From assembly GCF_009914755.1 (NCBI RefSeq), contig NC_060947.1: 64,000 nucleotides of DNA. One strand, 5' to 3'. The DNA is from the human T2T-CHM13v2.0 reference genome, Homo sapiens. This document shows positions 1 to 12,367 of this stretch, one piece after another; positions within the stretch are counted from its first letter, which is position 1; every line of letters begins with the position of its first letter. Both the position numbers and the translations under genes were made by a program. Below the pieces are notes generated by a model, which was not told the origin of the DNA, did not search any database, and saw nothing but the letters and a program-made list of their open reading frames with translations.

Positions 1-366
1 GTATTAGTCCATCTTCACACTGCTATAAAGAACTACTTGCGACTGGGTAATTATAAAGAAAAAGGGTTTAATTGACTCACAGTTCTGTATGGCTGGGGAG
101 TCCTCAGGAAAATTACAATCATGGGAGAAGTCTAACGGGAAACAAGGCACGTCTTACATGGTGGTAGGATAGAGAGAGCATGCAGGGGAAACTGCCACTT
201 TTAAACTACCACATCTTATAAAAACTCCCTCACTATCATGACAGCAGCATGGAGGAAACCACCCCCATAATGCAGTCACCTCCCACCAGGTCGGTCCCTC
301 CCTCCACATGTGGAAATTACTATTTGAGATGAGATTTGGGTAGGGACACAGAGTCACATCATATCA
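1..366 (-). mobile_element. MaLR LTR (MSTA/THE1 group)
   Basis: Starts (T)GTATTAGTCC...GACTGGGTAATT...GTTTAATTGACTCACAGTTC and ends GAGATTTGGGTAGGGACACAGA...CATATCA, the reverse complement of a THE1/MST LTR. Confidence 0.85.
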
Positions 367-756
367 GTGAATATAGCAGAATGCTTCAGGCTGGGTAATT
401 TATAAAGGAAACAGATTTGTTTGGCTCACAATTCTGGTGCCAGGGAAGTCCAATAGGATGGCATTGGCAGCTGCTCAGTTTCTAGTGAGGGCCTTGTGCT
501 AAATTACAACATGGTGGAGAAGTAGAAGCATGCATGCCAAAAAGACCAAACATAAGAGGCAACCTTGCTTTATAACAATCTGCTCCCTGGGGAAATAAAT
601 CAATTCCCGCAAGAACTAACACTGTCTTCTGTGAAAGAGAATCTATCTTAACAACCTAATCAGTTCTTAAAGGCACCACCCCCTCATTAACATCATATTG
701 GGAACCAAGCTTTAACATGAGTTTTGGTAGGAGGAAAACATATTCAAACCATAACA
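367..756 (-). mobile_element. Older MaLR LTR (MLT1A/MSTD-like), interrupted by the LTR at 1-366
   Basis: CTGGGTAATTTATAAAGGAAACAGATTTGTTTGGCTCACAATTCTGG; ends CATATTCAAACCATAACA. Confidence 0.7.
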
Positions 757-867
757 CTGCTTGTATAAACAATCCTGCTCTCTTGAAATCACTGCTGATG
801 AAAGTTTGGTCTATAACTTTTTAGAATGTTCTTCTAGGCTTATAGAAATAACCTGTCATGAGTCATG

Positions 868-970
868 TGATATAGTTTAGGTATGTTCACATGCTGAAAT
901 GTAATCCACAGTGTTGGAAGCAGGGCCTGGTGGGACGTATTTGGGTCATGGTGGCAGATCTATTATGAAT
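868..970 (+). mobile_element. MST-type LTR 5' fragment
   Basis: TGATATAGTTTAG...GAAATGTAATCC...GTGTTGGAAGCAGGGCCTGGTGGGA...GGGTCATGG. Confidence 0.6.
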
Positions 971-2097
971 AAATATATGTTTTTTCTGTAAAGACTGGGG
1001 GGCTTATGAGAGTAAGAGTTATATTTTGTTTATTTGTTTATTAGAAGGTCAAATATCACTGTGTTTACATCTCCAGTTAAAGTCTATTACATCCACTTTT
1101 ATTGCATGCATGCTACTGGATGCGATGGCCAGAGAGTGGAAGTCGGATTTGTATGAAGGAGAAGGAACAATATCTGGTAATTGGTTGAAGACTGGGCACT
1201 GATAAAGGAGCAGCAGTAAGATGCATAGTGGAAAAGAAGATTCAGCAGAATCTATGAATCAGAGCCACAGAAAATTAGCAAAAACTTAAATTCCCAGGAT
1301 ATGCAGAAATATCAGATTAATATATTAGAGTCCCATGACAACTGTCCTTTTAAGGCAAATTTACCAGGACCGTAAGGGGAGGGTAATTCCAGTTGACATC
1401 TAGATGTCAATGAGAACTAAATGATATGCTTTAAATTTTGAAAATGATCCATTTAAGGTAAATATAAACAAGAACAAAGGGATGTAGACTGCTATTTTAT
1501 GTAGGCCATGTTTATTTTGTCTACCACTTTAACTTGCATATGTTAAGCAATATGCTAAATATCTGCTTAATGAAAAAACAGGAAGTGAAGGAGGGAAGGA
1601 AGAAAGGAAAGAATGAAGGGAGAGAGGGAGGGAGGAGCTAGGGAATGTAACTTATGGAAAACATTTTGAACAGGGCTTTAGTCTAGAGTAAAAAAAAAAG
1701 GTCCAATTAGAAAGATTTATTTAGGGATTTGGGGAATGTCATGAAGTGTTAGGTACAACCCTAATTTATGAATGTAAGATTATGTTGTTTAATAACATAT
1801 CCCTCAGTGGTCCTCTAAAACAAAATTGAGCATTGTCCCAAATTCATTTATTCATGCATTTTCTAAATATTTTTAAACATCCACTGTGCAGGAAGTGTTC
1901 TCTAAATGTTGTGGAGGACAAGTGGTCTTTGCCTTTAAGGAGTTTGTAATCTAGGCCTACACACACGTGCACACAATTTAAATGGTTTAAGAGAACAAAA
2001 CAGCAGTGAGCCACAGTAAGAAAAAAAAACCCAAAAAACATGAGTTTTCAAGTAAGACAGATATAACTTAAGATCCTGTCTAGCCATGTGAACAGCT

Positions 2098-2308
2098 CAC
2101 AGTTCAGCAAACTTTTTTTCTGTGAAGGAGCACATAGTAAATACATGTATTTTTGGGTTTGCAGGTCACATATGGTCTCTTTCACATATTATTTATTTTA
2201 ATTTACAACTATTTAAAAATATAAAACCAATCTTAACTCACAAACCATACAAAAACAGTCTTGAGGTTATATTTGACCAGAGATATTAGTTTGCTGGCTT
2301 TTGCTATA
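2098..2308. mobile_element. MER58A-like hAT-Charlie MITE
   Basis: CAGCAAACTTTTTTTCTGTGAAGG...ATAGTAAATA...GCAGGTCACATATGGTCTCT...CCATACAAAAACAG...TAGTTTGCTG. Confidence 0.65.
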
Positions 2309-2724
2309 GATGATAAAATACTGTAGGATCTCAAGAAGGATACTAGCTAGTATGGTGAGTTTCTTCTAAAAGGCGATAACTTGAACTCAGTCTTAGAGAA
2401 TAAATGGATCATAAATCTAATTTGCAGTGGTAATTCTTTTATCCCTAGAGCAAACAATATAAATGCTACACAACGTGTAACTCTGAAAAATGTATGGGCT
2501 ACCAACTGTAAGTAACTAGAAACAGAATTTAGGAGGTAGTTTTTAATGCTTTGGATACTCCATGAGTTTCCTGAACCTACAGATGGGAACAGCACTCTGA
2601 TTTTCACTCCTTCTATGAGCTTACCCATAATAATTTTTCTCTAAATGCTAACAGTTAAAAAAAATTTTTATAAGGATCAAAAATTGAGAACCCAGCATAT
2701 TTGAAAAAATAGCACATACATAAC

Positions 2725-2975
2725 AATTATTGCTAACATTGTACTTAGTGCTGTGTGCCAAATGATATTCAAAATGACTAACATTCATTAACTCATTTGA
2801 TCCTTACAATAACATTATGATAAAGATAATATTATTATCACCAGCCATTTTACAGATAAGAAACTGGGGCTTAAAGAGTTTAGGCAAATTACCCAATGTC
2901 TCACAGTTAGACAAATCTAAAGGTGTGATTTAAGCATAGGTAGTGTGACTCCAGATCCTATATTCTTAGCACACT
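2725..2975 (-). mobile_element. MIR SINE
   Basis: MIR core CCATTTTACAGATAAGAAACTGGGGCTTAAAGAG...CACAG. Confidence 0.7.
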
Positions 2976-3189
2976 TCTTCTAGTGGGCTCTAGAGTTTTA
3001 GGCAGATGAGATTGAAACTCAGTTTTATAAAATTAAAAAATAAAATTAATATAATTTCAGTCATATGAGTTGTGTATCAATACATTTCAAAGGATACACT
3101 GAAGTAAGACAATTTGTTTGTCTATCCAGAATTTTTGTGTTGTTTCATCGACATATACAGCAGATGCTAAATACTGTTGGGGGGTACCA

Positions 3190-3360
3190 TAATCTTCTAA
3201 TGCAGGCAGTAATGTCATGCTCATTTTACACCTGAGGAAACTAAAATGTAGAGAGATAAGGCAACTTATTCAAGGTAACATAGCTAGTCAATTGGCAGAC
3301 CTAGAAATGGATCCCAAGCCTATCTGGTGCTGGACCCAAGTTTCAACCATCTTACGTATT
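3190..3360 (-). mobile_element. MIR SINE
   Basis: CATTTTACACCTGAGGAAACT...AAGGTAACATAGCTAGT. Confidence 0.65.
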
Positions 3361-5213
3361 ACCTACAAAAAAATATACTCTAGTTGAAAAGATAAGAGAT
3401 ATAGCTAAGAAATTATTACTAACAATACCAAATGACATTTATAAAATGAGCTGAATAGACATTAAGTGTTGTGAAAATTCAAAGGAAGGCACTTTGGACT
3501 GGAGTGGACACAGAGAAGGTAGTGATGTTAATTTTTATGCCATTCAGTCCATAACAAAGCACAAATTGTGAGTTGAGAGTGGTATAGGGAAGCAAAAATA
3601 CTATAAAGATACTTGATGATTTGAGACAATGACACAGCAGAAAAAGTTGTTTCTGCTGTAATTTTTTATTATGGAAAAATATACACTAACAGTAAATGTT
3701 CAGACAATGAAGAACCAAAGAAAGGAATTGGGAAGTAACAACTGAAATCTACCTCCAAATGGTTACAAAATGAATCATATTAAAAGCACTGGGCAAGAGA
3801 GATAAAGATGATACTACTTTGCTGCAATAATAGGCTTTCATACAATAGCAAAAAAATTAGAATGATTAATGGGTGATTTTTACAAAAGAAACACTTGCTG
3901 TGTGGATACTGTCAGCATTTAACAGTATGCTTGTAATTTAACAGTTTTCATGCTATAGAAACCTGTTTGGTTTCTGTTCTAATAATTTTCTTAGAATATT
4001 AAAAATGTCACCATATTTTATACATCATTTTTCTTATAATTATCTATTTTGTGGCATGCTATATTTTGTTTTTCAGCCTCATAAATAAATATAATTTAAT
4101 AATGTCTCTAAAATATGCCATTATCATCCATCAAGAAGTATGATATTATCTTGTCCCATTCATTTCTCTGGCATTCTATTGAAAACTATGTTTGATTTCT
4201 TTAGCAATTCCTGATAAGACAGATATTTTTCTTTATATTAGAAGGTCATTACAAATCTATGAGTAGATTAATGAAACTGCTAATTTTCCTGTCAAGAGAG
4301 GGCCACAGCTGTATCTGAAAGAGGTGTACTAATGGCATGGCACTAATGCAATTTCACAAACGACTTAATGGAGCACATAAAGCATATTTCCTTTATTAAA
4401 TACCCATAGCCATAGCATGAAGTCATATCTTGCTTTACAGGCTGTGAAAAATATTTTTAATCAACTAAAAGATGAAGAGACTCTTCAAGGTTATGCAGAT
4501 TAAGTTATAAAAACCCTGAAATGCATAATCCTCAATGAGTGTTTAGGAAGTAAATTTTCAATCAGAGATATTTGTTTAGATTGACAACATTTGTGAGTTT
4601 TTTAAGTTTCCAAGAGGATTTTAGAGAAAAAATTAAAATGTGAATATCATTTTTTAAAACCAAAATAGGGAAAATGCAAAGTTGTTCAAGGCTTATGCTC
4701 ATTAAAAATATCTACTGAACTGTCCTTTTCACAGTAAAAAGACTCAAAGGAATCTAATATCACTGTGATCCTATATTTATGAGTCTTCTTCCAGTCTGGA
4801 TCACAGCACAATTATAGCTATAGTTGTTTTTGTTTGTGTGTTTTAAATTTCCTGACCACCTACAAATATTTCTCAATGTGCTTGGTACAGTGGCCATCAC
4901 TTTTATCTCCTTAGTGGTAAGGTATCAAAATACCTTTAGGTGCCAACTTTCTTCCCAGGAGATAAAGAACCATGTATATTTCATTGATTCATTAACTTAA
5001 CAACTCAACAAATATTTTAGCTTTTATTATATGCTGGGCACTCTGTTAGGTGTTAGAGTTATAATGGGGTTCAAAATACTTCTAATAATAGACAAAGGTG
5101 TAGCTCTTTGTGACACTAAGGAAAGTGTCCCAAAGGAAATTTGCTATGTCTTTGATTGAGAATGAATCAGACAGACCTTCTGTCTCCTTAATAAATAATT
5201 GGAGGAGAAGGCA

Positions 5214-5577
5214 TGTTATGGTTTGAATGTGTCCTCCCAAAAGCATGTGTTGGAAATGTATTCCCCGATGAAACAGTGTTGGGAGGTGGGATTTAATGGG
5301 AGATGTTTAAGTGATGAGGGTTCCACCATCATGAGTGAATTAATGCCAATTATGAAAGGAATTGAGGTTCTGAGTTCAGTATCTTCATCTCTCTTCAGTC
5401 TCTATTACCCTCTATTTGACTTCTTGTCATGGGATGACACAAGAAGGCCCTCACCAGATGTCAGTCCCCCAGTCTTGGACTTCTCAGCCTTCAGAACTGT
5501 ATGAAATAAATCTCTGTTCTTTATAAATTACCCAATCTGTGGTATTCTATTATAGTAGCACAGAATGGACTTAAATA
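5214..5577 (+). mobile_element. MaLR solo LTR (MLT1A/MSTD-like)
   Basis: TGTTATGGTTTGAATGTGTCC...AAGGCCCTCACCAGATG...TTGGACTTCTCAGCCTTCAGAACTGT...AAATTACCCA...GGAC. Confidence 0.8.
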
Positions 5578-6034
5578 AAGTGGCAGTTTTACCTTGGGAA
5601 GAAATTATGCAAGAACTGGGAAACTGGAACTTAAGACAGAGTTCAGGGAGTTAGATGTGGCTGGAATTAAGCTATGGGCCTCTAATCAGGAGGTTGGAGT
5701 AAAGGTCAAAGAGCTTCCAGTAATCTGAGATTAGAGGCAAACTGAGGCTCTGTCATCCACGGAATCAATATCCATGAACTCTGCTTTACCTTGTGTATTT
5801 TCAAACTCTTATCTTGCCCCCTATAATAAATAATCATAGGCAGCATGATGAGTGTCAATGGTCAGAAAATTGAAGACCCTGAACCACTATAAAGTCTTCA
5901 TCCAGGAATGATTAAAATTATTTTCAATATACTATTCATCCCAAAGCAGAAGAAACAAACCTTCAATTATGGGTGAAACCAAAATCAGTTTCTGCTTTAA
6001 ATTAAAATATTCTCAGAACTCCATCAGGGTCACA

Positions 6035-6200
6035 AGATCTGAATGTTGGTCCCAGCTGCATTACTTCTGAACTGTGTGATCTTGTGCTTATTATATAACT
6101 TCCTGGAGATGCAGATTTTATTTGTAAAAAGAAGACACTGAAAATCAGCCCTACCTACATTTGCGATTGTGCTTAAAGAATCCACCGATGTTAAATATAA
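6035..6200 (+). mobile_element. MIR SINE (degraded)
   Basis: CTGTGTGATCTTG...TGTAAAA core. Confidence 0.5.
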
Positions 6201-6859
6201 GAGCATTTTAAAAGTTCAGCAATATACAAATGTTAAGGAATATTTATTTGAGAATCTATCAAGCTCTGATTATAAGGTAAGCCTGCCTTAGTACTTGGAC
6301 AGAAAGCTTCTTAACAGCCTGGGCTGAAAGTAACTGCAGGAGTGGAAAGTAGTTTTAGAGTTTACAGTAAAACTGAAAATGACAGATATTTTTATATTAT
6401 TATGCAGGAGATGGAATTGCCAATTTATCAGGCAAGTTTAGGACTACTTCTTTCACTCTCGATAAATAAACTACGTGCTGAACTCTATATAAATACATTG
6501 TTTATAAAGAATGAAAAGCATTTAGATCTGTTCTGGGCTGCTGTGCCCTCTTTATAAAAGGTGTTTTGTCTAGTAGGTTGAAATTAAAGCCTTTGTACCG
6601 TATAAGATACGGAAATGCATTATCTACTCAATACAGGAGGACAGAAATAAAGGCCAGAGACCTAGTTTATGATTTCCAGTTAATGGTCTCCACCACTAAG
6701 ATTTTGCACCATGGAAAGCATAGCAGTATATTCAGAATAAAAACAAAAGCAACAAAATCAAAAAGTGGACTTTTATCTAACCCAAAGATGACAACAGATG
6801 TTCTTCTGGGACATAAATATTTATAAAATGCTTATGATTCCCTCCTTTGTCTCACCTTG

Positions 6860-7545
6860 ACTTTTAAAAATTTATACGTAATAAGTTCACCTATTCTTTA
6901 CAAATCCATAGAGTCATATAACCATCACCAAGATGAACATACAGAATAATTTCTACATTCCAGAAGAATCCTTGTGCTATGTCTTTGTAAGCAAACACTT
7001 CTTCCTCCCACATTTAACCCCAGGCAATCCATTTGGTGCCCTTACAATTTTGTCTTTTCCAGGATGACATATACATCTAATCATACCTTGTATGTAGCTT
7101 TTTGATACTTGTTTTTTTTTTTTTACTCAGAATATATGTATTTGAGATTTATATGTTGTTGAATATATCAGTATTTTTTTATGGCTCAGTAGTGTCCCAT
7201 TGCATGAGTGCACCACAGTTTGTTTATACATTCATCTGCAGGTGGACATTTGGCCATTTCCAGTTTTTGCTGATCATGAAAAAAACTGCTATAAACATTC
7301 TCATTCTGGCTTTCATGTAAACATAAGTTTGCATTTCTCTTGGATAAATACATAGGAGTAGGATCGCTAGGTCAAATGGGAAGTGTGTATTTATTGTTAT
7401 CAGGAACTACCAAATTGTTTTCTAAAGTAGCTGTATCATTTTCCATTCCCATCAGCAATGCTAGACAGTTCCAGTTGCTCTACTCCTCTCCAAAAATTTG
7501 GTATTGTCATTATAATAGGTGGGTAGTGCCATCTCATCATGATAG
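6860..7545 (-). mobile_element. Old L1M (L1MC/ME-like) 3' region
   Basis: CCACAGTTTGTTTATACATTCATCTG..GGTGGACATTTGG..TTTCCAGTTTTTG...CATTCCCATCAGCAATG, antisense L1 3' end and ORF2 C-terminus. Confidence 0.75.
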
Positions 7546-8801
7546 TTTTTTTCTAATTTATTTATTTATTTAAATTGCCATATAAAAATGTATTAACCTA
7601 TTGTGTATAATGTTATAAAGTACATATACATTGTTAAATTGTTAAATCCAGCTAAGTAATGAATGTATCACCTCACATAGTTATCATTTTTGAGGTGAGA
7701 CCATCTAACACCCACTCTCTTAACATTTTTCAAGAATATATTGTCATTAACTATGGTCATCGTGCTGCATAACAGACCACTTGAATGTATTCTTCCTATC
7801 TAAATGCAATTGTGCGTCATTAGACCAACATCTCAACATCCACCTTTCTCCTAACCATCCTAGTCTCTGGTAACTACCATTCCACTCTCTACTTCTATGA
7901 CACCAACTTTTTTGGATTCCACATATGAGTGAGGTTATGTTGTATTTGTCTTTCTCTGCCTGACTTATTTCACTTAACAGAATGTCTTTCAGGATCTTCC
8001 ACATTTTCACAGATGAAAGGATTTCCTTCTCTTTTAAAGCTGAGTAATATTCCATTGTACATATATGCCGTATTTTCTTTGTCCATTCATCTGTTGATGG
8101 ACACTGAGGTTGATTCCATATCTTTTCTGTTGTGAACAGTGTTGCAATAAACCTAGGAGTGCAGATATCTATTTGACATGATGATTTCATTTCCTTAGGA
8201 TACATACTCTCACCACCGGGATTGCTGGATTATGTAGTACTTCTAATTTTAATTTTTTGAAAAACCTCCATACTGTTTTTCTATAATGGCTTTATTAACT
8301 TACATTCCCACCAACATTGAGCAAGGGATTATTTTTCTCCACATCCTCAATTACACTTTTTATCTTTTGTCATGATGATAACATCCATTCTAACAGAAGT
8401 GAGTTAATATCTGATTGTGGTTTTGATTTGCATTTCTTTGATGATCAGTGATGCTGAGCACTTTTTCATATACCTCTTGGCAATTTGTATGTTTTCTTTT
8501 GAGAAAGGCCAGTTCCTCTTTAAGTGTTTGGTAGAACTCAGCGGTGAAGGCATTAGGTCCAGGGCTTTTCTTTGATAGAAGACACTTCATTACAGATTAA
8601 TTCTCCTTAGTAACTACTGGCATGTTCAGGTTTCCTATTTCTTTATAATTTAATCTTCGTAGGTTTTATGTGTCCAGGAATGTTTCCATTTCTTCTAGGG
8701 TATCAAATTTGTTGGTGCATAATAGTTCCTAATTGTCTCTTATAATCCTGTGTATTTGTGTGGTATCATTTGTTACGACTCCTTTTTCAGCTTTGATTTT
8801 A

Positions 8802-10103
8802 TTAGCTTGGTGCAAAAGTAATTGCAGTTTTGTACCATGAATTAAAATGATTTAAAAATCATTATAACTATGCTCAAACACATCTTTAGTAATCAAAATG
8901 GGAACCATTACAATTAACACATTTTTGCCAACAAAAAATAAGTTTGTTTATTTCTGTAGTAAAAAATTTGTGCTTTGGAATTCCACGAACTCTTGGAAAG
9001 CATTTTCTACATGCTGCTGGTTTTAGAAGCGTTTTCCCTGCAAAAGGTAGTTGAGATTCTTGAAGAAGTGGTTGTCAGTTGGTGAGAGGTCAGGTGAATA
9101 TAGCAGATGAGGCAAAACTTCATAGCCCAATTCATTCAACTTTTGAAGCATTGGTTGTGCAGTGTGCGGTCACGTGTTGTCATGAAGAAGAATGGGGCCC
9201 TTTCTGTTGACCAGTGCCAGCTGCAGGTAGTGCAGTTTTTGGTGCATCTCATAGTTTTGCTGAGCATACATCTCAGATGTAATGGTTTTAATGGGATTCA
9301 GTAAGCTGTAGTGGATCAGACCAGCAGCAGGCCACCAGAGTGACCACCAAACAGTGACTGTCTTTTGGTGCAAGTTTGGCTTTGGGAAGTGCTTTGGAAC
9401 TTCTTCTCAGTCCAAAAACTGAGCTGGTTGTTGCCAGTTGTATAAAATCCACTTTTCATCACACATCACAATCCAATCGAGAAATGGTTTGTTGTTGTTG
9501 CATAGAACAAGAGAAGATGATACTTAAAAATTATTTTTTTTTTTTTAATTTTCAGGCAGCTCATGAGGCACCCACTTATTGAGCTTTTTTTCACCTTCCC
9601 AGTTGGCTTTAAATGCCAAATGACTGGAGAGGGTTGACATTGAGTTCTTTGGCAACTTCTTGTGTAGTTGTAAGAAAATCCGCTTTGATGATTGCTCTCA
9701 ATTGGTTGTTGTCAACTTCTGATGGCCAGCCACTATGTTCCTCATCTTCATGTTTTTCATCTCCTTTGCAAAACTTCTTGAGCCACCACTGCACTGTACG
9801 TTCGTTAGCAGTTCCTGGGCCAAATGCGTTGTTGATGTTGCAAGTTATCTCTGCTGCTTTACGACCCATTTTGAACTTGAATAAGAAAATTATTTGAATT
9901 TGCTTTGTGTCTAACATTATTCCCATAGTCTAAAATAAACATAAAATAAGCAGCAAGTAATGTCATTAGCAACACACAAAAAAGTGAGAAATGCGCATTA
10001 AAATGATGTATAACATAACCACATTTATTTAATAATGTATTTTAATATCAAAAGTCAAATTCCAAAAAACGCAAAAGCTGCAATTACTTTTGCACTAACT
10101 TAA
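8802..10103 (-). mobile_element. Full-length Hsmar1 (Tc1/mariner) DNA transposon
   Basis: TIRs TTAGCTTGGTGCAAAAGTAATTGCAGTTTT (8802) and AAAAGCTGCAATTACTTTTGCACTAACTTAA (to 10103); flanks TA and CA; ~1.3 kb; transposase on the minus strand. Confidence 0.96.
8890..9926 (-). pseudogene. Decayed Hsmar1 mariner transposase
   Basis: MGIMLDTKQIQIIFLFKFKMGRKAAEITCNINNAFGPGTANERTVQWW... matches the Hsmar1 N-terminal HTH. KWVPHEL, MCDEKWI, LLHDNT and YSPDLSPTD are readable. There are frameshifts and a TGA stop after HDNT. Confidence 0.93.
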
Positions 10104-11811
10104 CATTTTAATCTTTTCTATTTTCCAATCAGGTGGTATAACTAAAAGTGTTAATTTTATCTTTTCAAAAAACGTACTATTTTCTTGAATTTTAAAATTG
10201 CTTTTACCTTTATTTTATTTATTGTTACCATGATCTTTATTATTTCCTTGCTCCTACTAACTGTGGGCTTAGCTTGTTTATGGTTTTCTAATTTCTTAAG
10301 GAGCAGCATCAAAATTTTTTTTAGATCTTTCTTATTTTTGATGTAGGCCTTTATTGCTATAAACTTCCCTCTTAAAACTGATTTTATTGTATTACATAGA
10401 TTTTGGTGGATGGTGTTTCCATTGTCATTTTTCTCCAGAAATTTTTAAATATCCCTTTAAATTTCTTCTTTGACCTATTGTTTGTTCAGAAGCAAGTTGT
10501 TTATATATTGTGAATTTTCAAAAATTCCTCTTCTGATTGATTTCTAGTGATACTATTGTGGTCAGAAAAGATACTTGGTATGATTTCAGTTTCTCTTAAT
10601 TTGTAAAAAAAAATTCGTAGCATAACGTATTATTTATATTGGAGAAAGTGCAGTTGAGAAGCATGTGTGTTCTTACAGCTGTTCAATGGAATGTTCTGCA
10701 TATGCCTGCTAGGTCCATTTGGTCTAAAGGGTGATTTAAGTCCAATGTTTCCTTGTTGATTTTCTGTCTGAATAACCTGTCCATTGCTGAAAGTGGGATA
10801 TTTAGGTCCCCTACTATAATTGTATTTCAGGCTCTCTTTCCTTCACATCCATTAAAATTTGTTTTATATATTCCAGTGCTCTAATATTGGATGTATATAT
10901 ATTTATAATTATTATGTCTTTTTGCTAAATTGAATCCTTTATGATTATATAATGACCATTTTTTTTGTCCTTTCACAGTTTTTGACTTAAAGTCTCTTTT
11001 ATCTGTTATATCTATTCCTGCTCCCTTTCAGTTTTCATTTTCAATAGAGTATCCACTTCCATCCTTTCAGTTTTACTCTATCTCCGTCCTTACAAGTGAA
11101 GTAATCCTCTTAAAGGCAATACATAGTTTGACCTGTCATTTTTAATCCAATCGGTCACTCTACAGGTTGATTGGAGAATTTAATCTATTTACATTCAAGG
11201 TAATTATAGATAGCTAAGAAGTCATTATTGCTATTTAATTAATTGTTTACTAGTTGTTTTGTAGATTCTTGTTCTTTTCTCACATAATGTCTTGCTTTAT
11301 AAGTAAGTGATTTTTCTCTAATTATATGTTAAAATTCTTTGCTTTTTATTTTCAGAGAATCGATCATAGGTTTTTTTTTGTGATTACCATGAAGCTTACA
11401 TAAAACATAGTATAGTTATCACAGTTTATGTTAAGCTAATAATAATTTAACTTTGATTGAAAATGTAAAAACATGACACTTTTACTCTATTTCCACCTCC
11501 TACACATTTGAAATTTTTGATGCCATGATTTACATGTTTTTATATTGCATATTTTATTTTTATACTTATTTGTAATATATTTTTATCTTTCATATTAAAA
11601 ATAATTTATACACTGTCATAGCAGTATTAGAGAGTCTTGAATTTGCCTGTTTATTTACTTTTACCAGTGAATTTTATACTTTCAGATGTTTTCGTGTTAC
11701 TCATTGTAATCCTTTGTCTCTTCTTAAATAACTTTAGCATGTATCATAAGGTACATCTAGTCATGATGAACTCTCAGCTTCTGTTTGTCTGGTAAAGTTT
11801 TTATTTCTTCT

Positions 11812-12322
11812 TTCTTCTTTTTTTTCTTCAACTTTTATCACTTTTATTTTAAGTTTTGGGGTACATATGCAGGATGTGCAGGTTTGTTACATAGGTAAAC
11901 ATGTGCCATGGTGGTTAGCTGCACTGATCAACCCATCACATAGTTATTAAGCCCAACATCTGTTAGTTATTCTTCCTGATGCTCTCTCTCTCCCCACGCC
12001 CCTAGTCATTAGGCACCAGTGTGTGTTGTTCCTGCTGATGTGTCCATATGTTCTCATTGTTCAGCTCCCACTTATAAGTGAGAACATGCAATATTTGTTT
12101 TTCTGTTCCTGCATTAGTTTGCTGAGGATAACAGCTTCCAGCTCCATCCATGTCCCTGCAAAGGACATGATCTCGTTCTTTTGTATGGTTGCATAGTATT
12201 CCATGGTGTATATGTACCACATGTTCTTTATCCAGTCTATCATTGATAGGCATTTGGGTTGATTCCATGTCTTTGCTGTTATGAATAGTGCCAATGAACA
12301 TACATGTGTACATATCTTTATA
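11812..12322 (-). mobile_element. 5'-truncated L1PA (older L1PA10-15-like) 3' end
   Basis: T-rich tail then GGGTACATATGCAGGATGTGCAGGTTTGTTACATAGG; ORF gives TWNQPKC..MIDWIK..WYIYTMEYYA. Confidence 0.85.
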
Positions 12323-12367
12323 AAGCTATCCTTCAGAAATAAATAAGAAATATATCCAAAGGAATAT

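Larger units (their letters stand above)
7550..11810 (-). mobile_element. L1MA8/9-like LINE-1 (3'UTR to ORF1 C-terminus), internally deleted at ~8508 and interrupted by Hsmar1
   Basis: ORF 7747-8205 gives the L1 ORF2 C-terminus (ICTPRFIATLFT..WNQPQCPSTDEW). ORF 8390-8590 gives [23 protein letters not shown] region, spacer and ORF1 end (CAGCTTCTGTTTGTCTGG) continue to ~11810. Confidence 0.85.

Noticed and set aside
1393-1410. Perfect 18-bp palindrome TTGACATCTAGATGTCAA
   Set aside because: About 0.25 or more are expected by chance in 64 kb (64000/4^9), and there is no supporting context.
1580-1645. Purine-rich GGAA/GAGG tract
   Set aside because: Ordinary low-complexity sequence.
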